Source: Erysipelotrichaceae bacterium
GTDB lineage: Bacteria; Bacillota_I; Bacilli_A; RFN20; CAG-449
Reading direction: 5' to 3'
Assembly: GCA_022772105.1 (NCBI GenBank)
Contig: JALFBO010000004.1
Coordinates: 1-32,208 of the forward strand
DNA: 32,208 nt
Positions within the stretch are counted from its first letter, which is position 1. Every line of letters begins with the position of its first letter. This document shows, one piece after another, positions 9,846 through 18,950 of the stretch. A program made the translations under genes and the position numbers. Below the pieces are notes generated by a model. It was not told where the DNA came from. It searched no databases and was given only the letters and a program-made list of their open reading frames with translations.

Positions 9846-9860
9846 CATTGATCAGTTTCC
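9846..9860 (+). repeat. Right target-site direct repeat of the IS30-family element
   Basis: CATTGATCAGTTTCC, identical to 8134-8148. Confidence 0.9.
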
Positions 9861-9929
9861 TTTTATAATTATTTTTATCATTTTGAACAAAATTTATATT
9901 TTATGCATATAGTAGTATGAGGAAAATTT

Positions 9930-10775
9930 ATGATAGGACAAGTTATTAATGCCTTAGTGACTCCATTTAATGAAAATGGGGAAATTGACTATGAAGAAGT
10001 TAGAAGGTTACTTCAAATTGGAAAAGAGAATTGTAACGATGCTTTTGTCGTGGGTTCAACTACTGGAGAAGGTACATCACTTTCGTTAGAAGAAAAAAGA
10101 AATCTATATATCTTTTGTAAGGAAAATACGTCTTTAGAATGTATTTATGCTTTAAATTGTTTATCCTTAAAAAAGGCGAAAGAGGAATATGATAATATTA
10201 AAGATTTAAATATTTCTTATTTTTTAATAGTGACTCCTTTTTATGTGCTTCCTTCACAAGATGGTCTTTTACTTTATTACAAAGAACTTGCCAAATATTT
10301 ATCGCCAAGTAAAATTATTCTTTATAATGTTCCTAAAAGGACAGGTGTAAATCTATCTTTTTATACGATAAAAAAACTAATTAAAACTTGCCCAAATATC
10401 GTCGCCTTAAAGGAGTGTTCTACCGATAAAAATTTAATTCATCTACTAAAAAAGAACTTTCCTTCATTTTTAGTATTTATTGGAAACGATGATTATGTGT
10501 TTGAAGCACTTGAATCAGGTGCAGATGGGATTATTTCGGTTATATCGATAATTTATGGAAAAGAGATGCAAAGCATTATTAAAGATTATAAATATGGAAT
10601 TAAAGCCGAACTTCTTATCTCTTATATAAAATTTATTTCCAGTATTGTATTTGCTTCATCTAATCCATGTGGTATAAAACATCTTTTAGAAAGAAGAGGA
10701 GAAAAGAGCATGAATTTACGTATTCCTCTTGTTAAGATAACATCAAATGATGATTCGTTTAATATTTTGCTATAA
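9930..10775 (+). CDS. dapA: Dihydrodipicolinate synthase (DapA) family protein
   Basis: ALVTPF, GSTTGEG, VTPFY, LYNVPKRTG, Schiff-base lysine in VALKEC, GADGIISV, SNPCGIK; GAGGA RBS. Confidence 0.8.
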   Translation: MIGQVINALVTPFNENGEIDYEEVRRLLQIGKENCNDAFVVGSTTGEGTSLSLEEKRNLYIFCKENTSLECIYALNCLSLKKAKEEYDNIKDLNISYFLIVTPFYVLPSQDGLLLYYKELAKYLSPSKIILYNVPKRTGVNLSFYTIKKLIKTCPNIVALKECSTDKNLIHLLKKNFPSFLVFIGNDDYVFEALESGADGIISVISIIYGKEMQSIIKDYKYGIKAELLISYIKFISSIVFASSNPCGIKHLLERRGEKSMNLRIPLVKITSNDDSFNILL

Positions 10776-10790
10776 AAATCTTTTTTTTCT

Positions 10791-10818
10791 TTGAAATAAA
10801 TAATTATTATTATATAAT
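10791..10818 (+). promoter_or_regulatory. Sigma-A promoter upstream of the T-box leader
   Basis: TTGAAA-16 nt-TATAAT. Confidence 0.55.
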
Positions 10819-10828
10819 TATCACGTAA

Positions 10829-11030
10829 TCGATGAGAAAGTGAAGGTATTATTTTTTTCTTTAGAGAGAATCTGGTTGGTGAAAGGATTTGAAAAGATTG
10901 TACTAGGCTACTTTGGAGATTTATGAATTGTCATCGTTGACTGCGTTAAAGTTTGAATTAAGTGCATATCAATAGATATGAAACAGGATGGTACCGCGAT
11001 TTATTCGTTCCTGAAAAGGTACTTTTTTTT
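10829..11030 (+). promoter_or_regulatory. T-box riboswitch leader (Ala) of alaS
   Basis: Stem I AGAGA and GGTGAA motifs; GCT (Ala) specifier candidate at 10907-10909; GCGTTA stem II element; T-box AAACAGGATGGTACCGCG at 10981-10998; pairing partner TCGTTCCTG; hairpin plus T8 at 11023-11030. Confidence 0.88.
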
Positions 11031-11081
11031 ATGAAAAAAAGACAAAAAAATAGAAAGGAATATATACAAAAGGTGATATTT

Positions 11082-13691
11082 ATGAAAAAAATGACATCTA
11101 CAGAAATTAGAAACACATGGTTAAAATTTTTTGAATCAAAAGGCCACTATATCGAGCCAAGCGCATCATTAATTCCTCATAATGATCCTACTTTACTTTG
11201 GATCAACGCTGGCGTTGCTGCTTTAAAAAAATATTTTGATGGTTCTGAGATTCCTTCTCATACACGTATTACTAATGCGCAAAAAGCTTTAAGAACAAAT
11301 GATATTGAAAATGTTGGAAAAACTGCAAGACATCACACATTCTTTGAGATGCTTGGAAATTTTTCTATCGGCGATTATTTTAGAAATGAAGTTATCCCTT
11401 GGGCTGTTGAATTATTAACTGACGAAAAATGGTTTGGTTTTCCTAAAGAAAAACTCTATATGACTTACCACCCAAGTGATACTGCAAGTAGAGATTTATG
11501 GATTAAAAATGGTATTGATCCATCTCATTTAATTCCTCTAGAAGGTAACTTCTGGGAAATTGGTGAAGGACCATGCGGTCCAGATACAGAAATTTTCTTT
11601 GATAGAGGAGAAAAATATGATCCAGAAGGTCTTGGAAAAAAATTGTTAGAAAACGATATGGAAAATGATCGTTATATTGAAATTTGGAACATTGTCTTTA
11701 GTCAATATAATGCCGAAGAAGGAGTAGATAGAAAAGATTATAAAGAATTACCTTCTAAAAATATTGATACAGGGGCAGGACTTGAAAGATTCTGTTGTGT
11801 TATACAAGAAACAGAAACTAATTTTGAAACTGATTTATTCTTCCCTTATATTGAACAAACCGCAACTCTAGCTTCTTTCCCTTATGAAGGTGAATATAAG
11901 ATGGCATATCGCGTTATTGCTGATCACATTAGAACTTGTACGTTCGCTTTAGCGGATGGAGCAATGTTCTCTAATGAAGGAAGAGGTTATGTTCTAAGAA
12001 GAATTTTAAGAAGAGCGGTCCGTTATGGAAGAAAACTTGGAATTGAAAAACCATTCTTATTTGAACTTGTACCTACTGTTTGTGAAGTAATGAAAGGCTA
12101 TTATCCTTATCTTTATGAAAAGAAAGACCGCGTTATGAAAATGATTAAAGCAGAAGAAGAGAAATTTGCTTCTACTTTAGCACAAGGCGAAGCGATGTTA
12201 CGTAAAATATTAGGTTCTACATCAGGTGATTTAGAAGGTGTCGATGCATTTAAATTGTATGATACATTTGGTTTCCCAATTGAACTTACTTCAGAGATTT
12301 GCCTAGAAGAAGGAAGAAAAGTTGACCTAAAATCATTTGACGAAGAGATGAAGAAACAAAAAGAAAGAGCAAGAGCGGCTCGTGGTGATCTTCAATCAAT
12401 GAACAAACAATCTAAAGACTTAATGGACTTTTCTTTAAAATCTGAATTTATTTATGATGATAAAATCATTGAATCAACTGTAATTGGTTTATTTAAGAAC
12501 GGAGAAAAAGTAGATGTTATTGAAGATGAAGGAGAAGTAGTCTTTGATGTGACAAATTTCTATGCAACAAGTGGTGGTCAAGTTGCCGACACTGGCATTA
12601 TTGAAAATGACAATTGTTCTATGGAAGTAGTTGATGTTTCCAAAGCTCCACAAAAACAATTCCTCCATTCAGTAAAAGTACAATTTGGAAGTGTAAAAGT
12701 TGGTGATAAATTCACTTTAAAATTAGATTTAGAAAGAAGAAAGAAAATCAGATGCAATCACTCAGTTGTTCACCTTCTTCAAAAAGCTTTACAAGTAGTT
12801 TTAGGTGACCATGTCCATCAAGAAGGTTCATTTGTAAGTGATGATTTATGTAGATTTGACTTTACTCACTTTGAAAAGATGACTTTCACTCAACTATGCC
12901 AAGTTGAAAAATTAGTTAATGAATATATTAATCAAGGTGCAGAAGTTAGTACTTTAGTTCTTCCTCTTGAAGAAGCTAAAAAATTAGGAGCTATGGCATT
13001 ATTTGATGAAAAGTATGGCGATTTAGTACGTGTTGTCTGTATGGGTGATATTTCAAAAGAATTCTGTGGCGGCACGCACGTATCAAATACAAGAGAAATT
13101 GGATGCTTTACAATAGCTTATGAAGAATCAATCGCTGCTGGAGTGAGACGTATTGAAGGAAGAACTGCTCTTGCATCTTATGATATGCTCAAACAAAAAG
13201 AAGTTATTTTAAATTCTTTACAAAATTTAGTAAAAGCGTCATCTTATGGAGAAGTAGTGACACGTGTTTCTTCTTTACTTGAAGAAAATGCTTCTTTAAA
13301 GAAAGTTAATAATGATTTATCACAAAAAGTATCTTCTTATGAAGCTAAATTAATAAAAGACGAATTTGTTGTTGTTAATAACAAGCATATTCTCTTAAAG
13401 AAATTAAATAATTATTCAAAAGATATGTTTAATATCTTATTTGATTCTTTAAAAGTAGTATATGATGATGCAATTATCGTTTTGGCAAATTGTAGTGCAG
13501 ATAAAGTATCCTTTATTTGTTCTGTTTCACCTAAACTTACTTCTACATATAAAGCTGGAAATATTATAAAGAAAGTAACCTCTATTTGTGGAGGATCAGG
13601 TGGAGGACGTCCTGATGTTGCTCAAGGTGGAGGAAAAGATGTTTCTAAAGTCGGAGAAGCATTTGCATCTATTTTAAAGGATTTTGAGTGA
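11082..13691 (+). CDS. alaS: Alanine--tRNA ligase
   Basis: DPTLLWINAG, ARHHTFFEMLGNFSIGDYF, IDTGAGLER, editing motifs NHSVVHLL and EFCGGTH, C-terminal GGGRPDVAQGG. True start is ATG 11082 after AAAGGTG; the track start lies inside the T-box. Confidence 0.98.
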   Translation: MKKMTSTEIRNTWLKFFESKGHYIEPSASLIPHNDPTLLWINAGVAALKKYFDGSEIPSHTRITNAQKALRTNDIENVGKTARHHTFFEMLGNFSIGDYFRNEVIPWAVELLTDEKWFGFPKEKLYMTYHPSDTASRDLWIKNGIDPSHLIPLEGNFWEIGEGPCGPDTEIFFDRGEKYDPEGLGKKLLENDMENDRYIEIWNIVFSQYNAEEGVDRKDYKELPSKNIDTGAGLERFCCVIQETETNFETDLFFPYIEQTATLASFPYEGEYKMAYRVIADHIRTCTFALADGAMFSNEGRGYVLRRILRRAVRYGRKLGIEKPFLFELVPTVCEVMKGYYPYLYEKKDRVMKMIKAEEEKFASTLAQGEAMLRKILGSTSGDLEGVDAFKLYDTFGFPIELTSEICLEEGRKVDLKSFDEEMKKQKERARAARGDLQSMNKQSKDLMDFSLKSEFIYDDKIIESTVIGLFKNGEKVDVIEDEGEVVFDVTNFYATSGGQVADTGIIENDNCSMEVVDVSKAPQKQFLHSVKVQFGSVKVGDKFTLKLDLERRKKIRCNHSVVHLLQKALQVVLGDHVHQEGSFVSDDLCRFDFTHFEKMTFTQLCQVEKLVNEYINQGAEVSTLVLPLEEAKKLGAMALFDEKYGDLVRVVCMGDISKEFCGGTHVSNTREIGCFTIAYEESIAAGVRRIEGRTALASYDMLKQKEVILNSLQNLVKASSYGEVVTRVSSLLEENASLKKVNNDLSQKVSSYEAKLIKDEFVVVNNKHILLKKLNNYSKDMFNILFDSLKVVYDDAIIVLANCSADKVSFICSVSPKLTSTYKAGNIIKKVTSICGGSGGGRPDVAQGGGKDVSKVGEAFASILKDFE

Positions 13692-14116
13692 TGAGCGGAA
13701 AAGTTCTAGGCCTTGATTTAGGGGAGAAAACTCTTGGCATTGCCGAATCGGATATACTTGGAATCATTGCGCAAGGAGTGGAAAATTTCCGCTTTGAATC
13801 GTGCAATTTTTCTAAAGCTTTAGAAAGAGTAAAGTATTATGTAGAACGTGATGAAATTAAAGAAATAGCTTTAGGCTTACCACTTCACATGTCAGGAGAT
13901 GAATCAGATCACTCACTAATGTGTCGAGAATTTAAAGAAAAGATTGAAAGTGCTCTTCCTGATGTTAAAGTAGTTTTAATCGATGAAAGATGGACTACAA
14001 AACAAGCAACTAGATATTTATTAGAAGCAGATTTATCAAGAGCAAAAAGAAAAAAAGTCATTGACAAAATGGCGGCTGTTGTTATACTAGAAACATACCT
14101 AGCACAAAGGAGTTAA
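13691..14116 (+). CDS. ruvX: Holliday junction resolvase-like / pre-16S rRNA nuclease YqgF
   Basis: LGLDLGEKTLGIA, LGLPLHMSG, IDERWTT, IDKMAAVVILE; TGATG coupling with alaS; conserved position after alaS. Confidence 0.93.
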   Translation: MSGKVLGLDLGEKTLGIAESDILGIIAQGVENFRFESCNFSKALERVKYYVERDEIKEIALGLPLHMSGDESDHSLMCREFKEKIESALPDVKVVLIDERWTTKQATRYLLEADLSRAKRKKVIDKMAAVVILETYLAQRS

Positions 14117-14117
14117 T

Positions 14118-14384
14118 ATGGAAGAAAACGGAAGATTTATCTTTGAAGACGAAAATGGTGAAAAAAAGGAATTAGAAGTATATTTTACTTATCATAGCGA
14201 AGAATTTGATAAAGATTTTATCGTATTTATCGATCCTGATGATTCCTCAAATTTAATTGCATGTGAATATAATGAAGAGACACATGAAGTATTCGACATC
14301 GAAAATGATGAGGAATATGATGAACTTGATAAAGTAATAGAAGCTTATCAAAATGATAAGATTAAATTTGAAGTAGAAGAATAG
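14118..14384 (+). CDS. DUF1292 family acidic protein
   Basis: DENGE...YHSEEFDKDFIVF...IENDEEYDELDKVIE; usual position after ruvX; AAGGAG RBS. Confidence 0.85.
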   Translation: MEENGRFIFEDENGEKKELEVYFTYHSEEFDKDFIVFIDPDDSSNLIACEYNEETHEVFDIENDEEYDELDKVIEAYQNDKIKFEVEE

Positions 14385-14387
14385 CGG

Positions 14388-14428
14388 AAGAACTTGTAAT
14401 GTTACAAAACATTATAAGTTCTTTTTTT
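14388..14428 (+). terminator. Rho-independent terminator
   Basis: AAGAACTTGTAATGTT-ACAA-AACATTATAAGTTCTT plus T run. Confidence 0.85.
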
Positions 14429-14445
14429 ATAGGAGAGTAACTTTA

Positions 14446-14474
14446 TTGTAAAATATCTTTTATTTTTCTATAAT
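14446..14474 (+). promoter_or_regulatory. Sigma-A promoter candidate for holA
   Basis: TTGTAA-17 nt-TATAAT. Confidence 0.6.
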
Positions 14475-14488
14475 TAAATCTAGGAGGA

Positions 14489-15502
14489 ATGAGCATGATT
14501 TATTTAGTTTATGGCGAACAATATCCACTTATAAAGAAACGTATTAACAAGATTGTTAAAGAATGTTTTAATGGTGAAATTGATGACTTTTCTTATATTA
14601 AATTAAATGGAAGAGAAGTTAGTGTCCAAGATATTGTTTCTGAATGCGAATTTATTCCTCTTGGTAGTGATAGAAAAGTTGTATATGTTTATAACGCATA
14701 TTTTTTAGGGGCAATCAAAGAAAAAGTATCTATTGAAAGTGAACAAGATTATTCGCGCTTAGAAAAATTTTTAAAAGCATATTTTTCTTCTTCATCAAAT
14801 ATGGTAGATGTTATTTTTTCTTTAGAAAGTAAATCAATCAATAAAAAAAGTGCTATATACAAACTGCTTGAAAAAGAAGATAAACAAGCTCGTATTCTAT
14901 TTGAAGAAGGATTAACAAAGGATACTTTAAGTCAAAATGGAATTGCTTATTTTCAAAAAAAAGGTGTAAAAATTAGCCAAGAAGCACTTACCTTATTACT
15001 AAATAAATTAGGTGAAGACTGTTCTTCCTTTATTCAAGAAGCAGAAAAGTTATGTTTATATAAAAAGGAAATAGATGTAAATGATGTACATCTTTTAGTT
15101 CCTACGCCTTTAGAACAAAATGCATTTTTACTCGCGGATGATTTGATCAATAATAAGATTAATGAGGCTATTAAAATATATCGAGATTTGCTTGTATTAA
15201 AAGAAGAACCAGTCAAATTGATCAATCTATTAGCTAGTCAATTTACTACCTTTAGTCAAATTTGTTATCTATATAAAATAGAAAAGTTATCGCAAGAAGA
15301 AATAGCTTCAAAACTTGCAATTCACCCATATCGAGTAAAGTTAGCATGTCGCAATTTTGTACGTTTATCTTATGATAATTTATTAAATATAATTTCTTAT
15401 TTACAAAAATTAGATAATGATATCAAATCGATGAAAACCGATCCTTATATAGGACTTGAATTATTTTTTATTAATTTTGATGATATAAAAAAAGGAGTTT
15501 AA
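14489..15502 (+). CDS. holA: DNA polymerase III subunit delta
   Basis: IYLVYGEQYPLI, EAEKLCLY, NAFLLAD, EEPVKLINLLASQF, IHPYRVKLA; AGGAGG RBS. Confidence 0.9.
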   Translation: MSMIYLVYGEQYPLIKKRINKIVKECFNGEIDDFSYIKLNGREVSVQDIVSECEFIPLGSDRKVVYVYNAYFLGAIKEKVSIESEQDYSRLEKFLKAYFSSSSNMVDVIFSLESKSINKKSAIYKLLEKEDKQARILFEEGLTKDTLSQNGIAYFQKKGVKISQEALTLLLNKLGEDCSSFIQEAEKLCLYKKEIDVNDVHLLVPTPLEQNAFLLADDLINNKINEAIKIYRDLLVLKEEPVKLINLLASQFTTFSQICYLYKIEKLSQEEIASKLAIHPYRVKLACRNFVRLSYDNLLNIISYLQKLDNDIKSMKTDPYIGLELFFINFDDIKKGV

Positions 15503-15512
15503 GCTCCTTTTT
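15487..15512. terminator. Bidirectional terminator between holA and the ttcA-like gene
   Basis: AAAAAAGGAGTT-TA-AGCTCCTTTTTT. Confidence 0.75.
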
Positions 15513-16632
15513 ATAATGCGTTATGTTTTTTGACTATCTCTTTAATGTAGATATTATCTTTTTCCTCATAACCTTCACTAATAAATAATGTTTTATTTAT
15601 CGCTTTATTAATCATTATAGTTGCGGGTGTAGTATGAATAACTATTTCATTTTCAATATAATGAAGAATCTTAGCATCTATATTTTCATCTTTTGATTCA
15701 AAAGTGGTAATGGTAAAGTTTCTTTCATTTTGAATATATGAAATTGTCGCAAGAACTTCGTCTTTCTTTTTTACAAGGAAAATGTTTTCATCATCTTGAT
15801 ATAAGTATCTTTCTTTACGTAACTCCATCACATCAAAAAAATCTTTTGTGGTAATAACTTTTTTTATGTATATTCCATCTTTTGAAATTTGATTTTCTTT
15901 TTTTAAGAACCATAAATCAAAACTTTCTGAATTATTGAGCATATAGAGAAAATTATCTTTAGCTTGATCGTAAGAAGAATAAAGATTCAATGTTAACTTT
16001 TTAATATTCTCACGTTCTGTATTTTTATCATTGCCACATTGATTTTTAAAGGTAGGAATATTTTCTTTTTTTACTAAAGAAGCGATATCACTTTCTCGAG
16101 CATAAATAAGAGGTCGTATAAAGGTAAGATTAGTATTGGAAAGAAACATTTTAGGAGAGAAAGTGGCAACTCTTCCTCCGTATAATTCGTTCATTAGTAG
16201 CGTTTCAATCGCATCATCGCCATGATGAGCAAAGGCTACTTTATTACAATTTAATTGATGAGCCACCTTGTTTATCGATGCTTTTTTCATCCTAGAACAT
16301 ATAGAACAAGGAAGTAGACCTTTTGAGGAACGATGAACATTTAATATTTTGTATACATCTGTTGCGTCTTCAATATAAAGAGGGAAATTATTCTTCTTAC
16401 AATATTCTTGTAAAGGTTTAGTGTCGTTGCCTTCAAATCCTAAATCTAGAAAAATAGGGAAGAATTCAAATTTTTTATGAGGAAATTTTTGATAGATACT
16501 TAAAGCGTGAAGTAAGACCATGGAATCTTTTCCTCCTGATAAACCTAGAGCGATTCTATCTCCTTCTTGAATCATATTAAAATCTAAATCAGCTTTTCTA
16601 AGACAAGCAAGAATTTTTCTAAATGAACTCAT
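15511..16632 (-). CDS. ttcA: tRNA 2-thiocytidine biosynthesis TtcA-family PP-loop ATPase with ~125-aa C-terminal extension
   Basis: GLSGGKDS PP-loop, PCSICSRMKK, AFAHHGDDAIETLLMN, FIRPLIY. Confidence 0.8.
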   Translation of the reverse strand: MSSFRKILACLRKADLDFNMIQEGDRIALGLSGGKDSMVLLHALSIYQKFPHKKFEFFPIFLDLGFEGNDTKPLQEYCKKNNFPLYIEDATDVYKILNVHRSSKGLLPCSICSRMKKASINKVAHQLNCNKVAFAHHGDDAIETLLMNELYGGRVATFSPKMFLSNTNLTFIRPLIYARESDIASLVKKENIPTFKNQCGNDKNTERENIKKLTLNLYSSYDQAKDNFLYMLNNSESFDLWFLKKENQISKDGIYIKKVITTKDFFDVMELRKERYLYQDDENIFLVKKKDEVLATISYIQNERNFTITTFESKDENIDAKILHYIENEIVIHTTPATIMINKAINKTLFISEGYEEKDNIYIKEIVKKHNAL

Positions 16633-16698
16633 AAATACTATTTCCTTTTTCTTAAGTGAATATATTATAATATATTTGCTAGCAAGGTGGTATTAAAA

Positions 16699-17544
16699 AT
16701 GGATGGTATTTTACTTGTAAATAAACCTATAGGAAGCACTTCACGCGATGTTGTTAATGCACTTATGAAGAAATTTAATACAAAAAAGATGGGCCATACT
16801 GGAACACTTGATCCTTTTGCTTCTGGTGTATTATTAATAAGCGTCGGTAGAGGCACAAAAATATCAACGTATGTAGAAGGTTTAGATAAAGAGTATGTCG
16901 CAGAATTAACTCTTGGAAAGGATACTGATACTTTAGATTTAGAAGGAAATGTAATTGATGAAAAAGATGTTAAATTACCTCTAGACAAAGAAAAAATAGA
17001 ACAAGTTTTTGCAAATTTTAGAGGAGAGATTACTCAAATTCCTCCTATGTATTCAGCTTTAAAAGTAGGTGGAGAGGAACTTTACAAAAAAGCAAGAAGA
17101 GGAGAAATTGTCGAAAGAAAAGAACGTCAAGTAACGATACATTCTTTAAAATTACTTTCTCTTCATGAAAATAAAATAATATTTAAAGTTGTATGCTCTA
17201 AAGGAACTTACATTCGTACTTTAGGTAATGATATTGCTCATAGTTTAGGCGAATGTGGCCATTTGACAATGCTTACAAGAACTAGGGTTGGAAAATATAA
17301 AATTGAAGATGCTAAAAGTATTGAAGATATTCAAGAAAATGATGTATATTCACTTGAGGATGCTTTATCCTATATGAGTCAAATTATTGTATCAGGGGAT
17401 TTAGAAAAGAAAGTATTAAACGGAGTGGCGCTTAAACTTGTGGGTGAAGATTTATTGCTTATTAAGGACATTAACGGCAAAGCGCTTGCGCTATATAGAA
17501 AAGAAAGTGATGGAAAACATCATTGTTTACGAGGACTATTATGA
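16699..17544 (+). CDS. truB: tRNA pseudouridine(55) synthase
   Basis: MDGILLVNKP, GHTGTLDPFASG, QIPPMYSALKVGG, CSKGTYIRTL; ATG 16699 after AAGGTGG. Confidence 0.97.
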   Translation: MDGILLVNKPIGSTSRDVVNALMKKFNTKKMGHTGTLDPFASGVLLISVGRGTKISTYVEGLDKEYVAELTLGKDTDTLDLEGNVIDEKDVKLPLDKEKIEQVFANFRGEITQIPPMYSALKVGGEELYKKARRGEIVERKERQVTIHSLKLLSLHENKIIFKVVCSKGTYIRTLGNDIAHSLGECGHLTMLTRTRVGKYKIEDAKSIEDIQENDVYSLEDALSYMSQIIVSGDLEKKVLNGVALKLVGEDLLLIKDINGKALALYRKESDGKHHCLRGLL

Positions 17545-18449
17545 TAAAAGTTATTTATTTTGATATAAATAATCCTATTTCTTTGAAAGAGGATTTAAGT
17601 TTATGTCTTGGATATTTTGATGGTGTACATCTTGGACATATGAAATTAATTGAAGAAGCTAAAAAATCTCCTTTTAAAAAAGCGATGGTTACATTTTCTC
17701 TTAGCCCATATGACTTTCTTCATAATCAAAATAATAAAGTTATTACAACAGTTGATGATAAAAAAGAAATATTACAAAAGATTGGGTTTGATTATTTAAT
17801 CGTTTTAATAACTTCTAAAGAGCTATTATCTCTACGTAAAGACGAATTTATCAATCAAGTTTTAAGAAGGTTTAATCCCAAAAAGATCGTTTGTGGATTT
17901 GATTATTCCTTTGGCTATAAAGCCGAAGGTGATGTTTCTTATCTTAAGTCGATTCTGAATGATATTGAGATAATCACTATTGATGAATATTTAGTTAATG
18001 ACAAAAAGGCTTCATCAACACTAATTAAGGAATATATTGAAAATGGTAATTTAGATAAGGCTAATCAGATTCTTGGAAGACCTTATAAAATTAAAGGTAT
18101 CGTCAAAAAAGGTAATCAAATTGGAAGGACTCTTTCTTTTCCTACAGTCAATGTAAAAATCAGAAATGATTATGTAGTACCTTGTTTTGGTGTCTATGCT
18201 ACAAAGATTAAAGTAGAAGGTAAAGAATATATTGGTGTCACTAATGTTGGTATTCATCCAACTGTAGACAAATTGAATTGTCCAATCATTGAAACGCATA
18301 TTATATCATTTAATCAAGATATTTATTTTGAAGAAGTAGAAGTGGAGTTTTACTCATTTATTAGAAAAGAAAGAAAATTTGCTTCTTTAGAAGAACTAAA
18401 AAATCAAATTGCTTCCGATAAAGAAAAAATTATTGCTTATTTTCAATAA
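17541..18449 (+). CDS. ribF: Bifunctional riboflavin kinase/FAD synthetase
   Basis: GYFDGVHLGH, GFDYSFG, GRTLSFPTVN, NVGIHPT, IRKERKF; ATGA overlap with the truB stop. Confidence 0.96.
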   Translation: MIKVIYFDINNPISLKEDLSLCLGYFDGVHLGHMKLIEEAKKSPFKKAMVTFSLSPYDFLHNQNNKVITTVDDKKEILQKIGFDYLIVLITSKELLSLRKDEFINQVLRRFNPKKIVCGFDYSFGYKAEGDVSYLKSILNDIEIITIDEYLVNDKKASSTLIKEYIENGNLDKANQILGRPYKIKGIVKKGNQIGRTLSFPTVNVKIRNDYVVPCFGVYATKIKVEGKEYIGVTNVGIHPTVDKLNCPIIETHIISFNQDIYFEEVEVEFYSFIRKERKFASLEELKNQIASDKEKIIAYFQ

Positions 18450-18453
18450 ACGC

Positions 18454-18482
18454 TTGAAAATTGATGAATAATTCTATATGAT
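18454..18482 (+). promoter_or_regulatory. Sigma-A promoter for rpsO
   Basis: TTGAAA-17 nt-TATGAT. Confidence 0.65.
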
Positions 18483-18489
18483 AATAGAC

Positions 18490-18572
18490 GCGACTTATCC
18501 TTAGATAAGAGGATTACTCCATCCCTTTTCCAGGAATAAGTTAAGAAAAATGCTTAATAGGAGGATAAAAAA
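18490..18572 (+). promoter_or_regulatory. Structured rpsO 5' leader (candidate S15 autoregulatory RNA)
   Basis: Outer stem ACTTATCCT...AGGAATAAGT encloses inner stem AAGAGGAT...ATCCCTTT; lies between promoter and AGGAGG RBS. Confidence 0.55.
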
Positions 18573-18842
18573 ATGGCATTAACAAAAGAACAAAAAGCTG
18601 CGATAATCGCAAAATACGGTGAAAACGAAAAAGATACAGGTTCTACAAAAGTTCAAATCGCACTTTTAACAGAACAAATCAATGCTTTAACTGCTCACTT
18701 AAAAGAAAATAAACACGATGGTTCAGGCCGTAAGGGTTTATTCGTCTTAGTCGGTAAAAGAAGAGGATTATTAGATTACTTAGCAAGCAATGACTACGAA
18801 GCATATACTTCTTTAATCGCTGATCTAAAGATTAGAAAGTAG
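18573..18842 (+). CDS. rpsO: 30S ribosomal protein S15
   Basis: DTGSTKVQIALLT, HLKENKHD, LVGKRRGLLDYL. Confidence 0.98.
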   Translation: MALTKEQKAAIIAKYGENEKDTGSTKVQIALLTEQINALTAHLKENKHDGSGRKGLFVLVGKRRGLLDYLASNDYEAYTSLIADLKIRK

Positions 18843-18849
18843 CAATGTT

Positions 18850-18878
18850 AAAACAAATCGAAAGATTTGTTTTTTTTT
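18850..18878 (+). terminator. Rho-independent terminator
   Basis: AAAACAAATC-GAAA-GATTTGTTTT plus T run. Confidence 0.85.
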
Positions 18879-18887
18879 GACAACAAA

Positions 18888-18916
18888 TTGCATTGTTATA
18901 CATAATCGCTTATAAT
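18888..18916 (+). promoter_or_regulatory. Sigma-A promoter candidate
   Basis: TTGCAT-17 nt-TATAAT. Confidence 0.6.
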
Positions 18917-18950
18917 TATTCTAGAAATTTCAAGGGAAGGTGTTTAGATT

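Noticed and set aside
10962-11081. 40-aa N-terminal extension of AlaS in the ORF track
   Set aside because: It overlaps the T-box antiterminator and terminator; the RBS and homology start at ATG 11082.
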